Below are positions 1 through 7,619 of a DNA stretch of 64,000 nucleotides, one piece after another; position 1 is the stretch's first letter; every line of letters begins with the position of its first letter. The DNA is from an uncultured Candidatus Saccharibacteria bacterium. GTDB taxonomy: Bacteria > Patescibacteriota > Minisyncoccia > Phycocordibacterales > WO2-35-19. The translations under genes were made by a program, and so were the position numbers. The notes beneath the pieces are model-generated. The model did not search any database. It was not told the origin of the DNA and saw only the letters and a list, made by a program, of their open reading frames with translations. The stretch is taken from the NCBI GenBank assembly GCA_964548205.1, contig CAZJPJ010000001.1:60086-124085 (forward strand), in the 5' to 3' direction.

Positions 1-1549
1 CTTCATCTGTCATCTTTTGTGGGTGAACAAAGTCGAAGCGAAGCCTTTCTGGTGTGATGTTGCTACCTTTTTGTTCTACATGAGGACCCAAGACTTCTCG
101 CAAAGCTTGATGAAGCAAGTGTGTGGCGGTGTGGTATTTTACACTCATTTCGCTTGTGTCGCCCAATCCTCCTTTGAACTTCTGCTCGCTACCCGCTCTG
201 CTTAACTCCTGATGTTTTTCCAACTCTTGTCTGAATTTCTCTTCATCTACTTCTATACCCTTTTCTTTTGCTAGCTCTCGTGTCAGTTCAAATGGGAAGC
301 CGTAAGAGGTGAAAAGAATAAATGGGTCAGTACCCTTCTCAAATTCTTTGAGCCCTTTCTCGAGAGTTTTTCTAAATTTTTCTTCTTCTGTTTTTATTTC
401 ACTCTCTATATTGCTTGTTTTGTCGTATGTGGCTCGATAAGCATCTTTGTAATGCTCGAGTAGCGGCAAGACTAGTTTGGAGAGGCCACTCTCGCCGATA
501 CCTATCTTGTCGGCATAGCGGACTGCCCTGCGCAAAAGACGGCGCACGAAGTAGCCTTGGTCGGTGTTGCTAGGTGTCACCCCGTCGCCTATTAGAAATA
601 CTGATGAACGCAAGTGGTCAGCTACTATTCGAAATGCTCCAGTGTATGTTTTGTCAGAATATTTTTTGCCCGACAATCCTTCTAGTTGTGATATTACGTT
701 TTGAAACACATCTATAAGAAACACGTCGCTCTTGTTTTCTGATACTGCAGTGATGCGCTCGAGTCCACCGCCGAAGTCTACATTTCTTTGGGGCAGTTTT
801 TCAAATCCGCTTTCTGTTCGTTTGAATTCCATAAAGACGGAGTTGCCGATCTCGAGGAAGCGACCACAATCGCAGTTGGGGTGGCAGTGCTCGCCAAACT
901 TTTTGTCGTGCTCGACATGCTCGAATTCATAAAATACTTCAGAGTCCGGCCCTCCCGGCTCGCCCACTGGCATGTTTTCTGGTACTCCAGAGCGCGACCA
1001 CCAGTTTTTCTTGGCATCATAATAAAAGATTCTGCCGCCTTGCATGCCTACTTTGGCCCCATTTTCTTCTGTGAGCAGTTCTACATCTTTTGCCTCTATA
1101 CCTTTTTCTCTAAAAAGTTTTTTCCATATTTCCATTGACTCTTGGTCGCGCTCTATATTTGCCTGCTTGTTGCCGGCAAAGACTGTCACAAAGAGCCTCT
1201 GTGGGTCGATACCTATCTCTTCGGTCAGAAACTCAAAAAACCAAGAAAGTTGTTCTTCTTTGAAATAATCACCTAAGGACCAGTTGCCAAGCATCTCAAA
1301 AAAAGTGGTGTGACGGTTGTCGCCGATATCGTCGATGTCGCCAGAGCGAAAAGATTTTTGTGAATTGGTCAGGCGCTTGCCAGCAGGGTGCGGCTCACCC
1401 AGAAGATATGGCACCAGAGGTTGCATGCCGCTCCCTGTAAAAAGTGTGGTCGGATCGTTTTCGGGTACGAGCGAAGCGCTAGGGATAACCTTGTGTCCCC
1501 TTTTCTCAAAAAATTCTAAATATTTCTTGCGTACCTCTCTCAATTGCAT
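1..1549 (-). CDS. alaS: alanine--tRNA ligase, 5' portion of the gene (about 516 codons); the C-terminal part lies beyond the window start
   Basis: Minus-strand translation from the ATG at 1547-1549 reads [29 protein letters not shown]...[18 protein letters not shown]...RLFVTVFAG...[37 protein letters not shown]. These are classic class II AlaRS motifs. The frame stays open to position 1. The ORF track misses it because the edge ORF has no in-window stop. Confidence 0.9.
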   Translation of the reverse strand, partial: MQLREVRKKYLEFFEKRGHKVIPSASLVPENDPTTLFTGSGMQPLVPYLLGEPHPAGKRLTNSQKSFRSGDIDDIGDNRHTTFFEMLGNWSLGDYFKEEQLSWFFEFLTEEIGIDPQRLFVTVFAGNKQANIERDQESMEIWKKLFREKGIEAKDVELLTEENGAKVGMQGGRIFYYDAKKNWWSRSGVPENMPVGEPGGPDSEVFYEFEHVEHDKKFGEHCHPNCDCGRFLEIGNSVFMEFKRTESGFEKLPQRNVDFGGGLERITAVSENKSDVFLIDVFQNVISQLEGLSGKKYSDKTYTGAFRIVADHLRSSVFLIGDGVTPSNTDQGYFVRRLLRRAVRYADKIGIGESGLSKLVLPLLEHYKDAYRATYDKTSNIESEIKTEEEKFRKTLEKGLKEFEKGTDPFILFTSYGFPFELTRELAKEKGIEVDEEKFRQELEKHQELSRAGSEQKFKGGLGDTSEMSVKYHTATHLLHQALREVLGPHVEQKGSNITPERLRFDFVHPQKMTDE

Positions 1550-1689
1550 TCCTCGATATTACAATATTCTATTTGTTTTGAAAAATTGCAAAATGGTGTA
1601 TCTTTGGCGGCCGGCGTTCTTCGTATCCGTTTTATTTTTTTCCTGCTTGTTCATTTGCTTTTGTTTAGATAATAAATTATTCTCTCAGT

Positions 1690-2958
1690 ATGAATTTCAA
1701 AAAGAAAGTTTTAAAAAATGGTCTAAGAATCATTGTGGTGCCTATGAAAAACGCCTCCTCAGTCACTGTTATGAGCCTCATTGAGGCGGGTTCAAAGTAC
1801 GAAACCAAAGACATCAATGGGCTCTCTCACTTTTTGGAGCACATGTGTTTTAAGGGAACACAAAAGCGACCAAAGGCTATAGATATTGCAAAAGAGTTTG
1901 ATGCGATGGGAGCTCAAAATAATGCATTTACGTCGCAAGAATTTACTGGCTATTGGGCTAAAGCTCATCCTAAGCATAGTGAAAAGATGATCGAAATAAT
2001 TGCTGATATGTACTTAAACCCAACATTCCCAGCAAATGATTTGGAAACTGAGAAAGGTGTGATAATCGAAGAAATAAGTATGTATGAAGATCTACCAATG
2101 AGACATGTTCATGATGTTTGGTATGAACTGCTCTACGGCAACCAACCGGCCGGCTGGCCTATCATAGGCCCTCGAGAAAATATTCGTGCCTTTACTCGTG
2201 ATCATTTTGTCGATTATCGCGATAAGCTCTACAAATCTCATTCAACTATTGTACTAATTGCTGGTGATGTAGATACGAACAAAATATTTAAACAAGTCGA
2301 AAAATATTTTAAAGAAATGCCGATTGGTAAAAAAACTAAGAAGCAAAGAGTCATAGAGAAGCAAACCAATCCAGAGGTGAAAATAAAGCATAAAGACACA
2401 GACCAAACACATTTGATTATAGGAGTGAGGGCTTTCGGGGCGAGCGATAAAAGGACCACTGCTCTAAATGTGCTGTCTTCTGTTTTGGGTGGAGGTATGA
2501 GTTCAAGATTGTTTCAAAAAATGAGAGACGAGCTAGGTATTTGTTATTACGTCAAATCCTTTGCTGATCAATTTACTGACCACGGCACCCTAATGATTAC
2601 TGCCGGAGTTGATTCCAAAAGAGTAGAACAAGGCATAAACGGTATCTTGGAAGAGTTAAAGAAAATCCGCGACCAAAAAATAGACGAAAAAGAACTGAGA
2701 AAGGCCAAAGACTATCTTATAGGCAACATGTATCTAGGTCTCGAGTCTTCTGATTCGCTCACAGAGTTTTATGGGATGCAAGAAATTTTGGGCGATAAAA
2801 TAAAAACTCCGAAGGAGCGTGAAAGAGAAATAGAGAAAATAACCGCTTCTGATATTGCTAAAGTTGCCAAATCGATTATTCAAAATAATCGACTAAATAT
2901 GGCTATTGTTGGTAACTACAAAGAAGATAAGATCTTTAAAAAGATTCTTAAAGTCTAA
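1690..2958 (+). CDS. M16 family zinc peptidase (insulinase/pitrilysin-like)
   Basis: 422-aa ORF carrying the inverted zinc-binding motif HFLEHMCFKGT (HxxEH) near the N-terminus. Length is typical of single-chain M16B peptidases. Confidence 0.8.
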   Translation: MNFKKKVLKNGLRIIVVPMKNASSVTVMSLIEAGSKYETKDINGLSHFLEHMCFKGTQKRPKAIDIAKEFDAMGAQNNAFTSQEFTGYWAKAHPKHSEKMIEIIADMYLNPTFPANDLETEKGVIIEEISMYEDLPMRHVHDVWYELLYGNQPAGWPIIGPRENIRAFTRDHFVDYRDKLYKSHSTIVLIAGDVDTNKIFKQVEKYFKEMPIGKKTKKQRVIEKQTNPEVKIKHKDTDQTHLIIGVRAFGASDKRTTALNVLSSVLGGGMSSRLFQKMRDELGICYYVKSFADQFTDHGTLMITAGVDSKRVEQGINGILEELKKIRDQKIDEKELRKAKDYLIGNMYLGLESSDSLTEFYGMQEILGDKIKTPKEREREIEKITASDIAKVAKSIIQNNRLNMAIVGNYKEDKIFKKILKV

Positions 2959-2971
2959 ATCGTTTTAAAAT

Positions 2972-3000
2972 TTGACTCTAACCATACTGCGTGGTATTTT
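2972..3000 (+). promoter_or_regulatory. sigma70-like promoter: TTGACT, 17-nt spacer, TATTTT, followed by SD CTCGGAGGTG
   Basis: Read directly from the sequence. The same TTCTCGGAGGT ribosome-binding motif recurs at 3843-3853 before the next cassette. Confidence 0.45.
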
Positions 3001-3023
3001 CCTCTCGGAGGTGCAAGAAGCAC

Positions 3024-3635
3024 ATGGACGAAAACACACTTATAGGAGCCATCGTCGCTTTGATTGCTTTCGGCGCTGTTGTTGCCGTGGCTGTGGCGAT
3101 CGGGGTGAAGGGGCTAAGGGAAGAGCTTTCAAACGCAAGCTCTCAGGTATCGGACGTTGCTGATGAGACCAAGGGAGTGGCTGATATCTTAAAGGATATC
3201 GCTTACGATTCCAGACAGCGACAAATGCGGGAGACGCTCGATCGGATTGTGGTCATTTTGTCTGGAGTTGTTTTTCAAGCATATGTTACCACATCTGAAT
3301 GGGATGGGTGGGAACTCCAGGTTACCGACGTAGATAAACTTCCGTCTGTGACGTTCGGGGATCAAGGTGGTCATGTTGTGTTTTGGGTCGAGATCGTGGA
3401 CGAAAGAGAGTCCATGCATTTTCAAGTTTGTTGTGGCGAATCATTTCTCGATGATGATTTAAGAAATGAACTTTTCGGCACGGAGCCGTATCGTATCGAA
3501 TGGTACGATGAGCAGGCTCTCAAAGAGCGTGTGAGCGCGATCCTCTCTGCTTATCAAAAACAGGAGGAGAGAAATCGTCGAAACGCGGAGGTTGGGGGTG
3601 AAGATGATGGGGAGAATCCCCCAGTGAGTGATTGA
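3024..3635 (+). CDS. hypothetical membrane-anchored protein (one N-terminal TM helix), encoded in GC-rich segment A
   Basis: The ORF track gives 2991..3635, but the ATG at 3024 sits 12 nt after GGAGG. It starts MDENTLIGAIVALIAFGAVVAVAVAIGV (a TM helix). I recognised no conserved motif. GC content is clearly above the backbone. Confidence 0.5.
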   Translation: MDENTLIGAIVALIAFGAVVAVAVAIGVKGLREELSNASSQVSDVADETKGVADILKDIAYDSRQRQMRETLDRIVVILSGVVFQAYVTTSEWDGWELQVTDVDKLPSVTFGDQGGHVVFWVEIVDERESMHFQVCCGESFLDDDLRNELFGTEPYRIEWYDEQALKERVSAILSAYQKQEERNRRNAEVGGEDDGENPPVSD

Positions 3636-3651
3636 CGGTCTCTGAATTTAC

Positions 3652-3695
3652 GGCCCGCCCTGAGAGAAATCGAAGGGCGGGCCTCCATGTTTTTA
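3652..3695 (+). terminator. rho-independent terminator: GGCCCGCCC, 14-nt loop, GGGCGGGCC, then a T-run
   Basis: Perfect 9-bp GC stem at 3652-3660 and 3675-3683, followed by TCCATGTTTTTATATTTTT. Confidence 0.7.
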
Positions 3696-3790
3696 TATTT
3701 TTCCCTGAGGTAGCCGCGGCGGTGGCCGGTAATAAGCAGATCACATTCACCGACTAATTGAATTTTTCTCGGGTTTTGCTTTCTGGACAC

Positions 3791-3826
3791 AGCTCGCTCT
3801 CAAAAGGGGCGAGCTTGCTTTTTTAT
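3791..3826 (+). terminator. hairpin AGCTCGC...GCGAGCT followed by TTGCTTTTTT
   Basis: 7-bp stem plus a T-run with no CDS directly upstream. It may end a short untranslated transcript. Confidence 0.4.
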
Positions 3827-3863
3827 AAAAAAGTGGTAATTTTTTCTCGGAGGTATAGGTTCC

Positions 3864-4250
3864 ATGGATGATCATATGTTGTTGACTCAGTCGTCGATTT
3901 ATCCGGTACAGGATAGGTTGCGGCTCCTCGATCTAACCCTCATCGACTTCTTCACCAAGGAGAGGTTGAGCGAGACCAATATGCGGGTCAAAATCTATCT
4001 CAAAAAGATTGAGACTTGGATTGGTATTCTTCCTTCGAGGCTTAGAACCATGAGGGATCTTCTCAATGAATTTCCCAAAAGCGAGGTTCTCCGGAGTAAG
4101 AATGTTGGGGTGAAGACTACCGGAGCGATCTTGGGAACGATCGCCCATCACGGGCTCAGGTTTCGGTACGAGAGTCTCTCTGATCGGCCGACTGGTGCAT
4201 TCTCTTCTGACTCTTCAGATTATTGTGATGAACCAGAAAAGTGCTTCTGA
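3864..4250 (+). CDS. hypothetical protein, second gene of GC-rich segment A
   Basis: 128-aa ORF preceded by TTCTCGGAGGT 10 nt before the ATG. No recognisable family; the stretch KNVGVKTTGAILGTIAHHGL vaguely resembles a helix-hairpin-helix. Confidence 0.45.
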   Translation: MDDHMLLTQSSIYPVQDRLRLLDLTLIDFFTKERLSETNMRVKIYLKKIETWIGILPSRLRTMRDLLNEFPKSEVLRSKNVGVKTTGAILGTIAHHGLRFRYESLSDRPTGAFSSDSSDYCDEPEKCF

Positions 4251-4259
4251 GTTCCCAAT

Positions 4260-4297
4260 GGCCCGCCCGAGTAAATCTCGGGCGGGCCATCACTTTT
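4260..4297 (+). terminator. hairpin GGCCCGCCCGAG, loop taaat, CTCGGGCGGGCC
   Basis: Perfect 12-bp stem sharing the GGCCCGCCC core with the hairpin at 3652. A weak U-tract (CACTTTTGT) follows. Confidence 0.55.
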
Positions 4298-4325
4298 GTA
4301 TAGCGTATTTATTTCTATTTTCAGA

Positions 4326-4952
4326 TCAAATTTCTTTCAATACTTCGAAATCTTTTTTCAGTTGGTCAAGAGTGTGAGAGTTGTACACTGCTACAGCTGG
4401 GTGGTAGAGAGGTATTATCTTCACCTTGCTATTTTTCTGATATCCAAATTTCTCTAGCGCTTCTTTTGGAGCGTCAAAAACTTTGCCGTGCATCTTGCCT
4501 ATTGGCTCGAGTTCGAGCGAGAGCTCGAACTTTTGCATGATGTAACTACTCGCATATCTACCCAGAGCGGCGACGACTTTCGGCTGTATTATCTCTATCT
4601 GTCTGTCTAAGAATGGACCATATATTTCTATCTCTTCCAGCAGAGGGTCTCTGTTCTGAGGAGGTCGGTCTTTGACTATGTTTGTGACGTACACATCTTC
4701 TCTTTTTATACCTACAGATTCTAGAAGTTGGTCTAGTATCTGCCCTGCTCTGCCACAGAATGGCCTGCCGGTCTTTGCCTCATTTCTTCCCGGAGCCTCG
4801 CCTACAAACATGATCTTGGCATTATGGCTTCCCTCACCTATGACCGGCAGGTTTTTGCTCTCTACTCTAAATTTATAAAGCGGTGAATTCTTGAGTGCGA
4901 CTACCTCGTCTCTTATGGCTCTCATCTTTTCTTTTCTGTCTTCGGTTTTCAT
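4326..4952 (-). CDS. uracil-DNA glycosylase, family 4
   Basis: Motif GEAPGRNEAKTGRPFCGRAGQILDQLL is typical of family-4 UDG. The ORF track extends to 5105; the internal Met MKTEDRKEKMRAIRDEVVAL at 4952 gives a family-typical product of about 208 aa. Confidence 0.75.
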   Translation of the reverse strand: MKTEDRKEKMRAIRDEVVALKNSPLYKFRVESKNLPVIGEGSHNAKIMFVGEAPGRNEAKTGRPFCGRAGQILDQLLESVGIKREDVYVTNIVKDRPPQNRDPLLEEIEIYGPFLDRQIEIIQPKVVAALGRYASSYIMQKFELSLELEPIGKMHGKVFDAPKEALEKFGYQKNSKVKIIPLYHPAVAVYNSHTLDQLKKDFEVLKEI

Positions 4953-4988
4953 GATGATTTTATCGTTATATTGTGATATAATAACTTT

Positions 4989-5234
4989 ATGGCAAGAAAA
5001 TCTCAAAAAAGTAATAACCAGTTTATGATCGAGTTTGAGCGCGAAAATGATGGACGCTGGATAGCTGAAATATCTAGACTCCCTGGAGTTATGGTGTATG
5101 GTCATACTAAATCAGAAGCAAGGCAAAAAGTACACGCTCTTGCTCTCCGTGCTATCGCAGATAAAATAGAAAATAGTCGAACTACACCTATATCAATTGC
5201 TCAATTATTTACCTATGAAATGGCGGGCAATTAA
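4989..5234 (+). CDS. hicB: HicB-like antitoxin (UPF0150 family)
   Basis: FMIEFERENDGRWIAEISRLPGVMVYGHTKSEA matches the HicB/UPF0150 core pattern (Y.V..E.E.DG.Y.A..P.LPG....G.T.EEA). The start could instead be the Met at 5025. Confidence 0.6.
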   Translation: MARKSQKSNNQFMIEFERENDGRWIAEISRLPGVMVYGHTKSEARQKVHALALRAIADKIENSRTTPISIAQLFTYEMAGN

Positions 5235-5424
5235 AGCCTCATATCTTCTCAAGATATTTCTAAAATCCGGTTGGATTATAAAAAGACAAAGAGGTTCCCA
5301 TAGAATTTTAAGCAAGTTAAACTTCTCTGATTATACCTTTGCTTTTCATGATCGCGAAGAAATAGGTCCAAAAATGCTTGCACGAATATCAAAACATACG
5401 GGGTTAAAGCCAGAAGATTTATAA
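5215..5424 (+). CDS. hicA: HicA-like mRNA interferase toxin
   Basis: GWIIKRQRGSHRIL...ISKHTGL matches the HicA (YcfA) pattern G...vRq.GSHh.........IlkqaGl. It overlaps the hicB 3' end, which suggests an operon. The ORF track start is 5197. Confidence 0.65.
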   Translation: MKWRAIKASYLLKIFLKSGWIIKRQRGSHRILSKLNFSDYTFAFHDREEIGPKMLARISKHTGLKPEDL

Positions 5425-5426
5425 AG

Positions 5427-5684
5427 TTATTTCAAGGCGCCTTCCGCTTTTAGTTTTCTTATTTTCTCACTCCTTCCCCTGTTGTACTCCCCCGATACCC
5501 CATCGCTTCTTATCACCCTGTGGCAAGGAATTTGGGGATCATAATTTTTCTTCAATATACTCCCTACGGCTCTAGAAGCGTTTGGACTCCCCGCTTTCTT
5601 TGCTACTTCTTTGTATGTCATAGTTTTCCCTTTCGGGATTTTTCTCACTACTTCAAAAACTTTATCTTTAAACGATCTTGTCAT
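5427..5684 (-). CDS. MGMT-family DNA-binding domain protein (O6-alkylguanine-DNA alkyltransferase C-terminal domain only)
   Basis: 85 aa with the PCHRVI active-site motif and a helix-turn-helix stretch KTMTYKEVAKKAGSPNASRAVGSIL. It lacks the N-terminal domain of full-length Ogt. Confidence 0.65.
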   Translation of the reverse strand: MTRSFKDKVFEVVRKIPKGKTMTYKEVAKKAGSPNASRAVGSILKKNYDPQIPCHRVIRSDGVSGEYNRGRSEKIRKLKAEGALK

Positions 5685-6016
5685 GTTTTATGCTGAAGTT
5701 CGTCTATATCTTCTGATATCTCGTCCACATCTTCCTGTATCTCATCGACATCGTGCTGTATCTCGTCCACATCTTTCTGTATCTCTCCCACATCTTCCTC
5801 GACTTCTTTCAGACTTTCTGCCTGCTCGTTGACACTCATTTGGATGAAGATGGCTAGGTATATAGCTTCGAGCGAGACCACTGTAGTGAGAAAAAGTAGC
5901 ACAGTATCAAACCTGTAGCCAAAGAGAGGCAAAGCAAACATCAGCATGAAAAAAAGTGTATGAAGTATGAGAGAACTTCTAGAGCCGATCCATTTTGTAA
6001 ACTTTTTCTCGAGCAT
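5681..6016 (-). CDS. small membrane protein with a C-terminal acidic heptad repeat
   Basis: N-terminal hydrophobic segments, then EEDVGEIQKDVDEIQHDVDEIQEDVDEISEDIDELQ. The repeat is encoded by a 21-bp tandem DNA repeat. Confidence 0.5.
   Translation of the reverse strand: MLEKKFTKWIGSRSSLILHTLFFMLMFALPLFGYRFDTVLLFLTTVVSLEAIYLAIFIQMSVNEQAESLKEVEEDVGEIQKDVDEIQHDVDEIQEDVDEISEDIDELQHKT
5710..5806. repeat. tandem approximately 21-bp coding repeat (CTGTATCTCGTCCACATCTTC-like), 4-5 units
   Basis: Visible directly in the sequence. It encodes the DVDEIQ repeats of the 5681..6016 protein. Confidence 0.7.
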
Positions 6017-6020
6017 TTAT

Positions 6021-6779
6021 TTATTCTACTTTATTTCTATATTCTATATAATTGCAATACTCACACTCAGCACTTTTCTCCGGTAGTTCACTTTTATCCA
6101 ACGCATTTTTGATATCTTTTATTACTCCCTCTACCCAATCACTCTTACCGGTATGAGGTATCAGTGTCACATCAAACTCTAGTTTGCCGTCAAAGGCCTC
6201 CGCGTCTTTCTTGCCGTTTACATATACAAAATATCCTGTGTCACTCACATCAAAACTATTTTTGCGCAAGAGCCACTGGTAAATCTCCATCTGTCTTTTA
6301 TATTGGTTTTCCCATTTGGTGTCACTAAGTGCATCGAGCTTGCCTTCTTTGGCTGTAGCTTTGTAGTCTACTATCACAAGCTTGCCGTCTTTGTCTTGCC
6401 AGATGTCGTCGACTGCTCCAGAGATGGTCATACCGGTTTCTGTGTCGAAATATTCTACTCCTACAAAGTTGTCCCTCCACTTCTCCATATCTTTGTGAGC
6501 GAAGGGTATGGCCTCGACTCCATAACTTTCCATCAGTGGGTGCGATGTCTTTTGGGCTCGGTGCAGGTCGAACTCTTTTTTTAGAAGTGCGTCCACTGCT
6601 ACGTTCAAGGTGAAGGCTGGACCGCGCGGTCGAGATATCCCAAGTTTGTTGTCTATAAAAAAGCACCGAGGACACTCGACAAATAAGTCGATCTTGGAAC
6701 GAGAGAGCCGCCACTTCTTTCCACCATAATTCCAATCGCTACTGCGTGGACCAGTCCTTTTTGTATAAAAATCAGCCAT
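6021..6779 (-). CDS. PD-(D/E)xK nuclease, Cas4/RecB-like, with four Cys that could ligate an Fe-S or Zn centre
   Basis: N-terminal ECPRCFF and C-terminal CEYCNY give a CxxC...CxxC arrangement. Nuclease core GAVDDIWQDKDGKLVIVDYKATAKEG carries the D...D/ExK motifs. Its start overlaps the stop of the upstream gene at 6779. Confidence 0.65.
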   Translation of the reverse strand: MADFYTKRTGPRSSDWNYGGKKWRLSRSKIDLFVECPRCFFIDNKLGISRPRGPAFTLNVAVDALLKKEFDLHRAQKTSHPLMESYGVEAIPFAHKDMEKWRDNFVGVEYFDTETGMTISGAVDDIWQDKDGKLVIVDYKATAKEGKLDALSDTKWENQYKRQMEIYQWLLRKNSFDVSDTGYFVYVNGKKDAEAFDGKLEFDVTLIPHTGKSDWVEGVIKDIKNALDKSELPEKSAECEYCNYIEYRNKVE

Positions 6780-7612
6780 TAGTTTTGGATTAGGTTTATC
6801 TCGTTTATAACCCTCTTTATTTTGGCATCGTTGAGACCGGATTGTAGCAATATATCTTGGTTATCAAGGGCTTGGGTGCAGAGTACGACCCCGCTTTCCA
6901 TAAGCAGTTTCTTCTCTCTACCGGTGAGGCTTTGCAAACTTGTGATTGGATGCAAACCCATATCCTCTATCAGGTCCTGAAGGTTGCCTTCGCTTGGATA
7001 GTTCCAACCTATAAGTTTCATATTTCTGCACTTTGCGTACTGTATAGCTTGGGAAGAAAACTTGGTATTTGTCACGAGCCAACCCTCGTCTAGTTTTCTT
7101 GGTGAGCCAAAGTTGAACTGCTCTTTGGACAGATCGTCCCACCTAGCTTTGACGTATAGGGCCGCTTTCAAATCAGATTTTATACCGAACTGATTGTGGA
7201 ACTTGGCTTCGACCATCACGAGCTTGTTTTCATTCCATGCTACTACATCGATCTCATGGTCTACACACTGACCTTTGGCAATAAAGTCAGTCCTTACTTC
7301 AAAACCTTTTGCTCTAAAGATCTCTGAAACAAGTTGCTCGAAAGGAAAGCCAGTCGGGCCCATCTCCATAACTGCATTGCGAAGAGAATATCGTATAGCG
7401 GCTGGTTTGTGTTCTTTCTTTAGAAGTTCGAAAGCATGTTTGTAGATCTCCTTGGTGGTCATGCCCTCGCGGAGCTCGAGTTCGATGTGGGACATTATCT
7501 TTTCTATCGTGTTGTCGTTGTGTTCGACTCTACGCAAAGAGTTACGCAACTTGCTAGGTTCAAAAGGCTCTCTCTCGCCAGTGGCTTTGGTGATGAGTAT
7601 TTTGTCGTACAT
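6779..7612 (-). CDS. ATP-cone domain fused to an Mrr-like (PD-(D/E)xK) restriction endonuclease domain
   Basis: N-terminus KILITKATGEREPFEPSKLRNSLRR has an ATP-cone signature. The middle FEQLVSEIFRAKGFEV...DHEIDVVAWNENKLVMVEAK has an Mrr_cat-like nuclease core. Confidence 0.65.
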   Translation of the reverse strand: MYDKILITKATGEREPFEPSKLRNSLRRVEHNDNTIEKIMSHIELELREGMTTKEIYKHAFELLKKEHKPAAIRYSLRNAVMEMGPTGFPFEQLVSEIFRAKGFEVRTDFIAKGQCVDHEIDVVAWNENKLVMVEAKFHNQFGIKSDLKAALYVKARWDDLSKEQFNFGSPRKLDEGWLVTNTKFSSQAIQYAKCRNMKLIGWNYPSEGNLQDLIEDMGLHPITSLQSLTGREKKLLMESGVVLCTQALDNQDILLQSGLNDAKIKRVINEINLIQN

Positions 7613-7619
7613 GAGAGCA

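Noticed and set aside
1317-1784. 155-aa + strand ORF
   Set aside because: It lies antisense within the alaS 5' region and overlaps the M16 peptidase start; no support.
2960-4300. Interpreting the GC-rich cassettes as proof of engineering or contamination
   Set aside because: Native-composition genes in the window (for example 22652, 32678) also use GC-rich hairpin terminators, and promoter-like hexamers are common in AT-rich DNA. The pattern is reported as an observation needing compositional and read-level checks, not as a conclusion.
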